Made by a program: the position numbers and the translations under genes. From an uncultured Candidatus Saccharibacteria bacterium (GTDB taxonomy: Bacteria > Patescibacteriota > Doudnabacteria > UBA920), in NCBI GenBank assembly GCA_964348935.1, contig CAYGEJ010000002.1, positions 3,540-67,539 on the forward strand: a stretch of DNA of 64,000 bases, written 5' to 3'. The notes beneath the pieces were generated by a model that saw nothing but the letters and a program-made list of their open reading frames with translations, was not told the origin of the DNA and ran no database searches. Positions within the stretch are counted from its first letter, which is position 1. Each line of letters opens with the position of its first letter. Below, piece by piece: positions 1 to 9,423 of this stretch.

Positions 1-575
1 TGTTTTCTACCGGCCTCCGCGTGTCCGAGCTTGCTTCATTAAAAAGAGATTCCATAAATTTAGACAGGCGGGAATTTACCGTCAGAGGCAAAGGTAGTAA
101 ACTGCGCTTAGTTTTTCTTTCCGACAAAGCAGCCGAGGCTTTAAAAAAATATTTAAACAAAAGAAGTGATGCTAGCCAGGCTTTGTTTATTGGACACTCA
201 AACATTGGCAAGATTTCCAACAAATTAAATAAAAAACTGACTGAAAAATCATTAAAAGCCTCTCAGAATAAAATTGAAAAAGAAATGTCCAGCCAGTCCC
301 CTTCCAAGGACTCAATAAAGAAACTACCGGGACTTACTCCAAGACAAATCCAAAGAATTATAAAAAAATATTGCCGTATTGCCGGAATAATTAAAAAAGT
401 TTCCCCTCATACATTAAGACACTCGTTTGCAACTGACCTCCTACAAAACGGAGCGGACATTCGCTCAGTTCAGACACTCCTGGGACATGCCAGCATTACC
501 ACCACTCAAATCTATACCCATATTACCAATCAAGGTCTAAGAGATATTCATAAAAAATTCCATAACAAGAAATAA
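1..575 (+). CDS. Tyrosine recombinase XerC/XerD-like. The 5' end is truncated by the window; the in-window Met is at 21.
   Basis: The reading frame is open from base 2 (FSTGLRVSELASLKRD...). The C-terminal catalytic region is HTLRHSFATDLLQNGADIRSVQTLLGHASITTTQIYTHI, giving the R..HxxR..Y signature of phage-integrase/Xer recombinases. Confidence 0.8.
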   Translation, partial: FSTGLRVSELASLKRDSINLDRREFTVRGKGSKLRLVFLSDKAAEALKKYLNKRSDASQALFIGHSNIGKISNKLNKKLTEKSLKASQNKIEKEMSSQSPSKDSIKKLPGLTPRQIQRIIKKYCRIAGIIKKVSPHTLRHSFATDLLQNGADIRSVQTLLGHASITTTQIYTHITNQGLRDIHKKFHNKK

Positions 576-628
576 ACTAAGCGCTTGAAAAAAATATCCA
601 AATATGTTATAATTGTTAAAGTTTTTAT

Positions 629-704
629 GCACTCGTAGCTCAGTGGATAGAGCGCTCCCCTGCGAAGGGAGAGGTCGCAGGTTCGACTCCTGCCGGGTGC
701 ACCA
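629..704 (+). tRNA. tRNA-Arg. The anticodon as read is GCG.
   Basis: Cloverleaf drawn by hand: acceptor gcactcg/cgggtgc, D-arm gctc-agtggata-gagc, anticodon stem ctccc/gggag with loop cTGCGaa, T-arm gcagg-ttcgact-cctgc, and an encoded CCA. Confidence 0.75.
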
Positions 705-932
705 TTCGACTCGTTAAAAGTTGAAAGCAACAAATTTGAAGTTAAATACCCAACAATTAAGAATTTAAGAACTATCGTTATTTTTCTTTTCTGTAGGGCT
801 CCCAAAAATTAGGAGCGCAGTTCAGGGCTTTATCTGAACGAGCACGGATTTTTGGGAAAGAGGAGCAATGACGAGTATAGTGAAAGTTTTACCTCTGGTA
901 AAACTTGAACGACAACGAGTCTATTGCGACGA

Positions 933-1007
933 GGTTCCGTAGCTCAATGGATAGAGCAGTGCTCTTCTAAGGCATTGATGTTGGTTCGATTCCAACCGGG
1001 ACCACCA
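933..1007 (+). tRNA. tRNA-Arg (anticodon TCT)
   Basis: Acceptor ggttccg/cgggacc, D-arm gctc-aatggata-gagc, anticodon loop cTTCTaa, T-arm ttggt-tcgattc-caacc, encoded CCA. Confidence 0.75.
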
Positions 1008-1012
1008 TAAAA

Positions 1013-1046
1013 AATACCCCATTCAAATGAATGGGGTATTTTTTAT
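1013..1046. terminator. Rho-independent terminator, bidirectional, between the tRNA and the convergent membrane-protein gene.
   Basis: Hairpin taccccatt-caaatg-aatggggta followed by a T-run. Confidence 0.6.
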
Positions 1047-1053
1047 TATAAAC

Positions 1054-2028
1054 TTATACGGCTTTGGTAAAATATTTCTTATTTAATTTTACAGCGTAGT
1101 ACCCTACTCCCATAATAGCTAGCCCAGCTATAACCAAAGCCAACGGCCAACCTAGACCTTCGCTGAAATATTCTCCGGTCAATTTGAGTATATAGCCAAT
1201 TAAAGCCAATGAACCAAAAACTAAGAATGATTTACTCTTAACATAAACACTTAAGAAGACAATACCAAAAACTAGAAGCGGGTATATTAACTCCCAAAAT
1301 GCATTTTGGTTAGGCGACCAACCGCCTAAAGCCATTGCCGAGCCCAAAAAAATTAATGAGCCAAAACCGTAAAGTACCCCGGTTAATGACTTTTGAGAGG
1401 TCTCTTTAAAATAATAACCCAGTAGCATATACGTTAAACCTGTCACTAAAAAACGATACTCCCAGATCTTCGATAAATTGTCGGAAGTTAAATTGCTTCC
1501 AACTAACCACTGAATGAAAAAGAAAAAAGTAATGGTGGCAAAAATAATCGAAAATAAGGTAAAAATCACTTTTCGAAACATAAAGAAGGAAGACAGGAAG
1601 ATAGTTAATAAAATCAGAAACACGAGCAAGCCAACGGAAGTAGCAGAAGTGTCTAAACCTATTTTATCAAACAAGACATACAATCCAATTGGACTAATTA
1701 AAGCGGAAATTAGAAAAAAGCCCAAAGCCGAACCTTTGAATTCCTCGTACTTTAAAAGTACTACACCTACTAAATATGCAGCTATCGCAGAGCCTAAAGT
1801 AACAACAATTTTGGTTGCTGAGTTAAAATTTTCCCAGTTTTGAAATACCAAAACACATATTCCTAAAAATACGATAGTTGCACCAATATAATACATAACT
1901 TGGGATAAATTTACATGCCTCCTCTCTTCACCTTCTAGCCCTTGGAATGCTGACAAAACTTCAGTTTGAGAAATTTGACCTGCCTGCACCATCTGATTTA
2001 ATTCACTAAGTAATTGTTGTTTATCCAT
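1054..2028 (-). CDS. Polytopic integral membrane protein, function unknown.
   Basis: 324-aa ORF with a soluble N-terminal segment followed by roughly 8-10 hydrophobic helices. Confidence 0.5.
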   Translation of the reverse strand: MDKQQLLSELNQMVQAGQISQTEVLSAFQGLEGEERRHVNLSQVMYYIGATIVFLGICVLVFQNWENFNSATKIVVTLGSAIAAYLVGVVLLKYEEFKGSALGFFLISALISPIGLYVLFDKIGLDTSATSVGLLVFLILLTIFLSSFFMFRKVIFTLFSIIFATITFFFFIQWLVGSNLTSDNLSKIWEYRFLVTGLTYMLLGYYFKETSQKSLTGVLYGFGSLIFLGSAMALGGWSPNQNAFWELIYPLLVFGIVFLSVYVKSKSFLVFGSLALIGYILKLTGEYFSEGLGWPLALVIAGLAIMGVGYYAVKLNKKYFTKAV

Positions 2029-2054
2029 ATATTTAAGATTAATTGATTACACTT

Positions 2055-2597
2055 TTATTTTACCCAGCCTAAAAATCGAAAATTATAATAACTATCTGTA
2101 CCGGTTAATTTAAGATTTAACTTACGGCTTCGATTATATCCTTTTATAAACCAACTGTTGTAGTCTGTGCCACCGTCAAAAAACAAGCCTCCCCCGCCGT
2201 TACCTCGCTCAATTACATAATTATCAGGAGAAATATTACTTGAATCTAAATTATAATTTTTCGCCTGCTCAAAACTAATCTCTGTTGCAGAATCTAAATT
2301 TATATCGTAAAAATAAAAATGAGGTTTAACATTATCAGGCTTGCCATAAAGAGGCATGGTACTAGAAGGTAGTGGATAGTATGTCACTTTACCATTTACT
2401 ACTTCATATTCTCTTTGCCCATAATCGTAATAGCTAGCCCCGGTCATGTAAACAAAACTGTATTGTGCCTTTTTCCCCATCCCTGGGAAATAAATAAAAG
2501 CCGCTACTAAAATAATCATTAGCACCGGTATGCACAGCGCTAAAATTAAAGGGATATTTTTTTTATTGATCATATATTTAACTTTAATTAATTTCAT
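2055..2597 (-). CDS. Hypothetical membrane-anchored or secreted protein. The real start may be the internal Met at about 2573.
   Basis: N-terminal hydrophobic anchor IPLILALCIPVLMIILVAAFIYF. It is Tyr/Asn/Gly-rich, and no family was recognised. Confidence 0.4.
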   Translation of the reverse strand: MKLIKVKYMINKKNIPLILALCIPVLMIILVAAFIYFPGMGKKAQYSFVYMTGASYYDYGQREYEVVNGKVTYYPLPSSTMPLYGKPDNVKPHFYFYDINLDSATEISFEQAKNYNLDSSNISPDNYVIERGNGGGGLFFDGGTDYNSWFIKGYNRSRKLNLKLTGTDSYYNFRFLGWVK

Positions 2598-2668
2598 CCA
2601 TATTATACCACATTAACGACATAATAAATTACTTACCTAATATAGGCTTTGTATGTTAAAATGATCTT

Positions 2669-3355
2669 ATGATTGAAAGACTACAAAAATTTATTAGTAC
2701 GAGCGGAGTTGCCAGCAGAAGAAAAGCCGAAGAATTTATTAAGTCCGGCCAAGTAACTATAAATGGACGCAAAGCAAAATTGGGCGACAAGGTTAATCCG
2801 GAGACAGATACTGTAAAAGTCTACGGGAAACTTATAAAAGCGTCCGAGGAAAAAATTTATATTGCCCTTAACAAACCTAAAGGCTATGTAGTTAGTAAAA
2901 GCGACCCGAAGGGTCGAAAGACGGTTTTTGATTTGCTCCCTGAAGATTTAAAAGGAAAAGTTTGGAATATTGGCAGACTCGACTATGACACCGAAGGCTT
3001 ACTTCTTATGACCAATGACGGCGAACTCACCCAAGAACTTTCCCATCCAAAATACGAGCACGAAAAAGAATACGAAGTCACCACTCAGGAATCCCCTACC
3101 GACGGCATGCTAGAGCATTTAAGAACCGGCGTAGAAATAGCTACCGGAACTACTTATCCCGCCCAAGTAAAACTTCGCGACGGAAAAGTTAGAATAACTA
3201 TCCATGAAGGAAAAAAACGCCAGGTACGCAGAATGTTTTCTACAGTTGGCTTAACCGTTTCCAACTTAAAAAGAATTCGTATAAATAAATTACTCCTTCC
3301 CAAAGAACTCAACGTTGGAAATTTTAAACTTATAAAAAAAGAAGAAATTCTGTAA
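2669..3355 (+). CDS. rRNA pseudouridine synthase, RsuA/RluB family (S4 domain plus PseudoU_synth_2)
   Basis: S4-like N-terminus SGVASRRKAEEFIKSGQVTINGRKA and catalytic-region motif GRLDYDTEGLLLMTNDGEL. Confidence 0.85.
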   Translation: MIERLQKFISTSGVASRRKAEEFIKSGQVTINGRKAKLGDKVNPETDTVKVYGKLIKASEEKIYIALNKPKGYVVSKSDPKGRKTVFDLLPEDLKGKVWNIGRLDYDTEGLLLMTNDGELTQELSHPKYEHEKEYEVTTQESPTDGMLEHLRTGVEIATGTTYPAQVKLRDGKVRITIHEGKKRQVRRMFSTVGLTVSNLKRIRINKLLLPKELNVGNFKLIKKEEIL

Positions 3356-3365
3356 TTTCTGATTT

Positions 3366-4112
3366 ATGACTTTTAGAAAATATACCTTTATAATTACTAC
3401 CTTGGCGGTGATAGCTACTATCATCGCTTTGTTTTTAATTAAAAAACAATACCCAATTACAATAATAGAAATTCCTAAATATTATCACCCAGTCTCAGAA
3501 ATACCATTTCAAGATTCAAAATTCATTATTCCAGACTCTCTCCTGCTGTCCGCCCCCTTCACTCCCCAAGCCCCGACAGGAAACTGGGATATTCTTCACA
3601 ATGAAAATTGTGAAGAAGCCAGTAGTTTAATGGCAATGGCCTACTACATTACTAACTATAGAAATGTACAAAAATTAGATCCTATTTTTGTTGAATCTGA
3701 ACTTACCAAACTCACTGACTGGGAATTAAAAACTTTTGGTTATAACTTAGACATTACCAGCGAAGAAACCGCGAAAATGATTGAAGCCAACTATGGACTG
3801 AATACAAAAATTTTATACAACTATTCCGAAAATGATATAAAAAAAGAATTAACAGAAAATCGCTTGATATTGTTTCCAGCCAATGGCCAAATGCTAAATA
3901 ATCCAAACTACAAACAACCCGGTCCAATTTACCATATGGTGTTAATTCGGGGTTTTAATGAAACTGAATTTATTACCAATGACCCAGGAACCAGAAAAGG
4001 AATGAATTATAACTATCCTTTTACTGCACTTTACAAATCCAACGGCAACTGGAGTCATAAAAACAACAAAGTAGATTTAACTCAAAAAAATATTATAGTA
4101 GTTTGGAAATAA
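3366..4112 (+). CDS. Putative C39-like (papain-fold) cysteine peptidase domain protein with an N-terminal membrane anchor.
   Basis: N-terminal TM helix; candidate catalytic Cys in NCEEASSLMAMAYY and downstream His in IYHMVLIRGF, reminiscent of the Peptidase_C39_2 arrangement. Confidence 0.4.
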   Translation: MTFRKYTFIITTLAVIATIIALFLIKKQYPITIIEIPKYYHPVSEIPFQDSKFIIPDSLLLSAPFTPQAPTGNWDILHNENCEEASSLMAMAYYITNYRNVQKLDPIFVESELTKLTDWELKTFGYNLDITSEETAKMIEANYGLNTKILYNYSENDIKKELTENRLILFPANGQMLNNPNYKQPGPIYHMVLIRGFNETEFITNDPGTRKGMNYNYPFTALYKSNGNWSHKNNKVDLTQKNIIVVWK

Positions 4113-4116
4113 AAAT

Positions 4117-4161
4117 AATCGCGTAAGTGAAAACTGATAAAGTTCTACTTACGCGATTTTT
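4117..4161. terminator. Bidirectional rho-independent terminator between convergent genes.
   Basis: Hairpin aatcgcgtaagt ... acttacgcgatt followed by TTTTT. Confidence 0.6.
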
Positions 4162-4173
4162 GAACCTTCTTAA

Positions 4174-4974
4174 TTAGCGATAATGCAAATCCTTCGCCAA
4201 ACCCAACAATTGCAGTAGCTGAATAAAACGATGATTCGGGTCATATTCCCACCAAGCATTACCATGCCTCACGCTTCTCTGGTGCGCATGATGGTTATTA
4301 TGCCACCCTTCACCAAATGTCAGCAACGCCACCCACCAGTTATTGCGCGAGTCATCTTTCGTTTCGTGAGTGCGGTAACCCCACAGGTGCGTAGCCGAAT
4401 TCACCAGCCAAGTGGAGTGCCACCCGAGCACTACAGGTACAAACACCGCCCAACAGAATGCACCGAAGCCACCAAAACTCAAGACCAAAATTCCAAACAG
4501 GGCAATTGGTACCCATAGATATTTGTTCAGAAAGACATGGAACCTGTCCTTCATTAAATCTGGTGCCATCTTTTTCAGCAGTTTAGGGTCCCGATACTTA
4601 GGATCCGGATGAAGCATCCAATCCATATGCGCCCACCATCTTCCATCACGTGGAGTGTGAGGATCTAACCCCATTATTTCAGTAAACTTATGGTGCAACC
4701 TATGCCACACCACCCACCATATTGCCCCACCCTGCAGTGCCAAGTAACCGCACACAGTGAGTATGTACTCCACCCACTTAGGAGTCTTGTAACCCCGGTG
4801 AGTTAACAGACGGTGAAAGCCCGCTCCTATACCAGGGCAAAGACTGATGGCAAATACCACACCTGCCAAACTCAGCCCTTGAAAGCTTGGAAAGAAAATA
4901 ATTGCAACCACCATGCCGACATGGAAGATCGCGAAAGCAATCGCATTCTTCTTGGAAAGTTCGTATTTCATCAC
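4174..4974 (-). CDS. Membrane fatty-acid desaturase (delta-9 acyl-CoA/acyl-lipid desaturase family)
   Basis: Three histidine boxes, HRLLTH, HRLHH and HNNHH, with TM helices between them, as in the stearoyl-CoA desaturase/DesC family. Confidence 0.85.
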   Translation of the reverse strand: MMKYELSKKNAIAFAIFHVGMVVAIIFFPSFQGLSLAGVVFAISLCPGIGAGFHRLLTHRGYKTPKWVEYILTVCGYLALQGGAIWWVVWHRLHHKFTEIMGLDPHTPRDGRWWAHMDWMLHPDPKYRDPKLLKKMAPDLMKDRFHVFLNKYLWVPIALFGILVLSFGGFGAFCWAVFVPVVLGWHSTWLVNSATHLWGYRTHETKDDSRNNWWVALLTFGEGWHNNHHAHQRSVRHGNAWWEYDPNHRFIQLLQLLGLAKDLHYR

Positions 4975-5066
4975 ATCCTCCTACACACTATCTCAAATTA
5001 AGTATATGCAGAAAATTAAATTCCGCCAAATGTTTTAAACACATGGCGGAATTATTTTTACATTGA

Positions 5067-6818
5067 TTATTCTTCTCTTTCCCCTATTTGCTGTCTCCAC
5101 ATTGCATAGTACAAACCTTTTTGATCAAGAAGTTCTTGGTGCTTGCCACTTTCTGCCAGTTTGCCTTTTTCTAATACGTAAATTTTATCAGCATGCATAA
5201 TTGTCGAAAGCCTATGGGCAATAAGTACGGTAATCTGCTCAGTATTTTTAGAAAGAGACTTTATAGTGTCGGTAATTTGTAGTTCGGTTAAAGAATCCAA
5301 GCTTGAAGTCGCTTCGTCAAAAACTAGTAAGGTTGGTTTTCTAAGTAATGCCCTGGCAATAGACAAACGTTGTTTTTCCCCACCGGAAACCTTAACTCCA
5401 CCCTCGCCAATTACAGTGTCAAGCCCTAATGTAGCACGTTGCATTAAGCTGTCTGCCGCGGCTTGCTTCAAAGCTTTCCATAATTCTTCATCTGTTGCAT
5501 TTGGATTCACAAACTTTAAGTTATCCTTTATGCTACCAGCGAAAACTTGAGTGTCTTGAGTTACTAAACCAATTTGTTTTCTTAACTCATCCAAACTTAT
5601 ATCTTCTAACGACAAATTATTATACAAAACTTTCCCTTCATTGGGCCTATATAAAGCAACCAGTAGTTTTACCAAAGTGGTCTTACCACTACCGGAAGGC
5701 CCAACAAAAGCAACGGTTTCCCCACTAATAGCTTTAAACGAAACACTTGACAAGGCATTTCTGGAACCGCTCAAATGTTTAAATGTAGCAGAATCAAGAG
5801 CAATTTCTTTTAATTTACCTAAGTTTTTTGGATACTGAGCCTTTAACTCTTTTGGCCTGTCTAAGATGTCTCTAAAATTCTGCAAACTCGCCTGAGCTTC
5901 CCGATAAGAATTTATAACATTCCCCATTTCCTGCAAAGGCTGAAACAAAAAGAATGAATATATATAGAGTGAAAAAAATTGTCCGAGGGTAATAGTCCTC
6001 AAAAAAACTAAATATAGCATTACAAATAACATACTCACTCTTAAAGCGTTGACTAGCGTTCCTTGAATAAAACTCAAACTGCGAATATATTTGATTTTTT
6101 GCAATTCCAACTTTAATATTTCGCCAGTGGTATGATTCAAGCGACCAATTTCCTGGTCTGCCAAACCTAACGATTTAACCAATTCAATATTCCTTAAACT
6201 TTCGGTAGTAGATCCAGCTAAAGAAGCTGTCTGGGCAACTATCTTGGTCTGAATGGTTTTAATTTTCTTGCTTAAAAAAGTACTGGCAAAACCCAAAAGC
6301 GGAACCATGGAAATATAAACCACAGCCACAATCCAATTAGCCTGAAATGCGTAAATAATAACAAAAACAAAACCAATCAGTGTTGTAAACACAACATTCA
6401 CCATGGCAGTAATGAAATTCTGAACATTCAGTCTAACCTGTTGTAAAATACCTAACGTCTCACCGCTTCTTTGGTCTTCAAAAACCTGATACGGTAACTC
6501 CAAAGAGTGAGCTAATCCATCTGTATACATTTTTGCACCTAACCGTTGGGTGACAGTATTGACATAATAATCTTGGAAATTTTTTGCCACTCGGGACACA
6601 AAAGCTACCCCCATAGAAGCAAGGAGTAATAGTCCGGCTCCGTTTATAAATTGACTTTTTGTGTACTGCTCAAACTTAGTAACATAGTCATCGAGAACCA
6701 AACGAAATATATAAGGATCGAGTAAAGAAAATATTTGATTAATAGCAGCGAGCACTAATGCTAACGCTAACAATTTCCAGTAATGTTTTAAGTAACTTAA
6801 TAAAATTCTCATATGCAA
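5067..6818 (-). CDS. ABC exporter with fused permease and ATPase (MsbA/lipid A exporter-like)
   Basis: Six-TM N-terminal domain; Walker A GPSGSGKTT; ABC signature LSGGEKQRLSIARAL; Walker B LLVFDEATSSLD. Confidence 0.9.
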   Translation of the reverse strand: MHMRILLSYLKHYWKLLALALVLAAINQIFSLLDPYIFRLVLDDYVTKFEQYTKSQFINGAGLLLLASMGVAFVSRVAKNFQDYYVNTVTQRLGAKMYTDGLAHSLELPYQVFEDQRSGETLGILQQVRLNVQNFITAMVNVVFTTLIGFVFVIIYAFQANWIVAVVYISMVPLLGFASTFLSKKIKTIQTKIVAQTASLAGSTTESLRNIELVKSLGLADQEIGRLNHTTGEILKLELQKIKYIRSLSFIQGTLVNALRVSMLFVMLYLVFLRTITLGQFFSLYIYSFFLFQPLQEMGNVINSYREAQASLQNFRDILDRPKELKAQYPKNLGKLKEIALDSATFKHLSGSRNALSSVSFKAISGETVAFVGPSGSGKTTLVKLLVALYRPNEGKVLYNNLSLEDISLDELRKQIGLVTQDTQVFAGSIKDNLKFVNPNATDEELWKALKQAAADSLMQRATLGLDTVIGEGGVKVSGGEKQRLSIARALLRKPTLLVFDEATSSLDSLTELQITDTIKSLSKNTEQITVLIAHRLSTIMHADKIYVLEKGKLAESGKHQELLDQKGLYYAMWRQQIGEREE

Positions 6819-6829
6819 TATTTAACTTT

Positions 6830-7747
6830 CTAAAACCATTCTTTACGTCTAAAATAAATTATTATACCAACTACCGAAAGCAAAGTAACTAAGTTAATCC
6901 AAGTTAAGGCATGGGAACTGTCTTGAAAAGGCAAGTTTATATTCATTCCATAATAATCAAAGATAATTGGTGGAAGCTGTGTAATAACTGTAAAAATTGT
7001 GAGTGTTTTTACAATATTATTTGTATTTCTGCCTATTAAAGACTCATTTGCATCTTCAAGTAAGTCAATATATGCCTGCGAAGTTTCAAGTTGGTTGGAT
7101 ATTTTATCTTGTTTGTCGACCAAATCTTCAAAATAAGCATTTTGTTCCGCAGGGATAAACAGAGCGTGCCTATGAGCCAAATCTGCAAAAACTTGCCTTT
7201 GAGGAGCTAAGATTCTTCGAATGTTAATAATATCACGCTTAACCGTCATAATTTCCTTAATCATATCGGTTAACTTTGGCTTTTCATAAATCTCTTCCTC
7301 GAGATCAAAAATTAAATCGTTCTTTTCACTCAAAATTGGAAATACATAGTCCATATGGGAATCCAGTACTTCCCATAACAACATAGGTACACCTTGTTCC
7401 ATAAACTCCTCCTGTAAATTCCTATCTTTCATACACTTTTCGAACACTTCAGTAAGCGGACTTAATGCACCATCATTTATAGTTATTAAATAATCCTTAC
7501 TAAAAAATATACTTAGTTCAGACCGCTTAAAAATATGACGAGCTTTTTCGTATACAGGAAATTGCAAAATAATAAATAAATACTTTGAGTAAACGTCAAT
7601 TTTTGGATAAGTGGTTTTTGACAAGACATCTTCCAAATCTAACGGATGAAATCGGAAATTACTCTCCAAGTAATCAACCATTTCTTGATCCGGTTGAGTT
7701 ATATTAATCCACTTAATATCTTTGAATTTTAACTCCTGTAATTTCAT
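6830..7747 (-). CDS. corA: CorA-family Mg2+/Co2+ transporter
   Basis: YGMNINLPF (GMN) motif immediately before two C-terminal TM helices, with a cytoplasmic N-domain of typical length. Confidence 0.85.
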   Translation of the reverse strand: MKLQELKFKDIKWINITQPDQEMVDYLESNFRFHPLDLEDVLSKTTYPKIDVYSKYLFIILQFPVYEKARHIFKRSELSIFFSKDYLITINDGALSPLTEVFEKCMKDRNLQEEFMEQGVPMLLWEVLDSHMDYVFPILSEKNDLIFDLEEEIYEKPKLTDMIKEIMTVKRDIINIRRILAPQRQVFADLAHRHALFIPAEQNAYFEDLVDKQDKISNQLETSQAYIDLLEDANESLIGRNTNNIVKTLTIFTVITQLPPIIFDYYGMNINLPFQDSSHALTWINLVTLLSVVGIIIYFRRKEWF

Positions 7748-7752
7748 ATTTT

Positions 7753-8130
7753 TTAATAATTATTTGATTTATTTAAAAATAATTTTCCTAAAATAGACAC
7801 AACTGATACTATTAGAGCACCAAAAAATGCCGACCAAAAACCTTCAACATGAAAGCCTTTCACAAAACTTCCTAACCAGAACATTAAGGCATTTATAACT
7901 AAAAAGAATGCCCCAAAAGTAACAAGACTCAAAGGCAAGGTTAACAGTTTTAAGGCCGAACCTATAGTCACATTCAGAATCCCCAATACAATAGCAACCA
8001 AGACAGCAGTCCAAAAACTAGAGACCACTATACCTGGTACAATAGATGAAGCGGCTAATACCCCCAGAGCCATAAATAAAATTTTTATAATTAATTTCAT
8101 AAATTGATTATACCATTTTTTGAATTTCAA
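7753..8130 (-). CDS. DUF360 / phage_holin_4_2 family small membrane protein (YvlD-like)
   Basis: 125 aa with 3-4 TM helices; VPGIVVSSFWTAVLVAIVLGILN...INALMFWL...GFHVEGFWSAF resembles YvlD/PF04020 proteins. Confidence 0.6.
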   Translation of the reverse strand: MKFKKWYNQFMKLIIKILFMALGVLAASSIVPGIVVSSFWTAVLVAIVLGILNVTIGSALKLLTLPLSLVTFGAFFLVINALMFWLGSFVKGFHVEGFWSAFFGALIVSVVSILGKLFLNKSNNY

Positions 8131-8180
8131 CGTAATGCTAATATTTGTTCAAATTATACAAAGCATTATATACTAAACTC

Positions 8181-8939
8181 ATGATTAATATAAGTTTTAT
8201 AATCCCTGCTTTCAATGAAGCACGGGGTATCTCAAATACTATTAATTCAATCCTTACAGAAATTAGCAAGTACCCAACTTTAAGTTTTGAAATTATTGTT
8301 GTAAATAATGCCAGCACCGACGAAACAAAAGATATCGCCTTGGCTATCTCCAAGGTAATAGTTATCGACGAACCTAAAAAGGGACTAGTCTTTGCTAGGT
8401 TTGCCGGTGCATTAAAAGCATCCGGAGAATTACTAGCTCATATCGATGCCGACTGCTTACTGCCTGCAGGTTGGATTCAAATTTGTGTTGAAGAATTTAA
8501 TAAAGATCCAAAGTTAGTTGCCGTAAGTGGCCCACACCACTATTACGACGTTTATAATGACCTAAATTTTTTTGAAAAATTTATTGTCAATTCTTATCAT
8601 TCTATTTCATATGCAGTCTACTTTTTAAATCGGCACATTCTTAAAATCGGGTCAATTTTGCAAGGTGGAAATTTTGTAGTAAAAAAATGGGCATGGGAAC
8701 AAATTGGCTCAGCTTCCAAAGAATTCAGCTTCTACGGAGAAGATACGGATTTATGTCAAAGGTTATTTAAAATAGGAAACGTAAAGTTTGAAAAAAAATT
8801 TATAATTAACGCCTCCGGCAGAAGACTCAAAGAGGAAGGCTTAATAAAAACCGGTGGATTATATATAATAAATTATTTTTCAGTATTATTTTTTAATAAA
8901 CCAGCTACCAAAAAATATACAGATATAAGACCAATATAA
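8181..8939 (+). CDS. Family 2 glycosyltransferase. The longest ORF starts at 8145; the Met at 8181 is preferred.
   Basis: ISFIIPAFNEA...IIVVNNASTDET...HIDADC (DxD-type) GT-A motifs. Confidence 0.8.
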   Translation: MINISFIIPAFNEARGISNTINSILTEISKYPTLSFEIIVVNNASTDETKDIALAISKVIVIDEPKKGLVFARFAGALKASGELLAHIDADCLLPAGWIQICVEEFNKDPKLVAVSGPHHYYDVYNDLNFFEKFIVNSYHSISYAVYFLNRHILKIGSILQGGNFVVKKWAWEQIGSASKEFSFYGEDTDLCQRLFKIGNVKFEKKFIINASGRRLKEEGLIKTGGLYIINYFSVLFFNKPATKKYTDIRPI

Positions 8940-8971
8940 AAACCTTGTCGCAAAAGATAAAGATAAGGTTT

Positions 8972-9274
8972 TTATATTTCAAAAATACTCAAGACACTAG
9001 AATCCATTTGTCCTTTACGAATTAAACTTTCACATACAGGCTTCAATTTTATAAAATCCACCTCTCTCATATTAGCAGGCCTCTCCCCTCTTTCCAACCA
9101 ATAAAGTAATCCGGAAATAGAATTTTGTAAATCTAATCTAAACTCTGTAGACATAATCGGTGAAGACTTGTCTAGAGTTTTATGTTTTTTATAAGTTGTT
9201 ACTAATATATCTTCCTTGTCCAAATATTTTATGGAGTTTAAAAAGGCATCAAAATCATATTGCATATAAAACAT
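8972..9274 (-). CDS. Hypothetical protein
   Basis: 100-aa ORF with normal AT-rich codon usage; no recognisable motif. Confidence 0.3.
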   Translation of the reverse strand: MFYMQYDFDAFLNSIKYLDKEDILVTTYKKHKTLDKSSPIMSTEFRLDLQNSISGLLYWLERGERPANMREVDFIKLKPVCESLIRKGQMDSSVLSIFEI

Positions 9275-9423
9275 TATAGCCTTTTAAATTTAAAATTGAA
9301 ATAGTGGTATTGCACTGTTTACTAAATTAATGTTAGACTTAGTTATAGGCTTATTGTCCACGAAGCCACTAAGTTTTTAATACTGCAAGCCAAGGATAAA
9401 GGCTTGAGACGAAAGGAACACTC

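Noticed and set aside
548-805. 85-aa minus-strand ORF
   Set aside because: It lies antisense across tRNA-Arg (629..704) and its flanks, and it is Cys/Arg-rich low-complexity. It is an artefact of the tRNA sequence.
1514-1843. 109-aa Lys-rich plus ORF
   Set aside because: It is antisense inside membrane-protein gene 1054..2028. Poly-K arises from complementing the Phe/Leu-rich TM codons.
4231-5001. ORFs 4231..4518+, 4412..4612+ and 4813..5001+
   Set aside because: They are antisense within the desaturase gene. The desaturase's His boxes unambiguously define the true frame.
5266-5838. Three plus-strand ORFs inside the ABC transporter gene
   Set aside because: They are antisense to a gene with canonical Walker and signature motifs.
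8138-8353. 71-aa minus ORF at the GT2 start
   Set aside because: It is antisense to the GT2 N-terminus, whose IIPAFNE motif fixes the frame.
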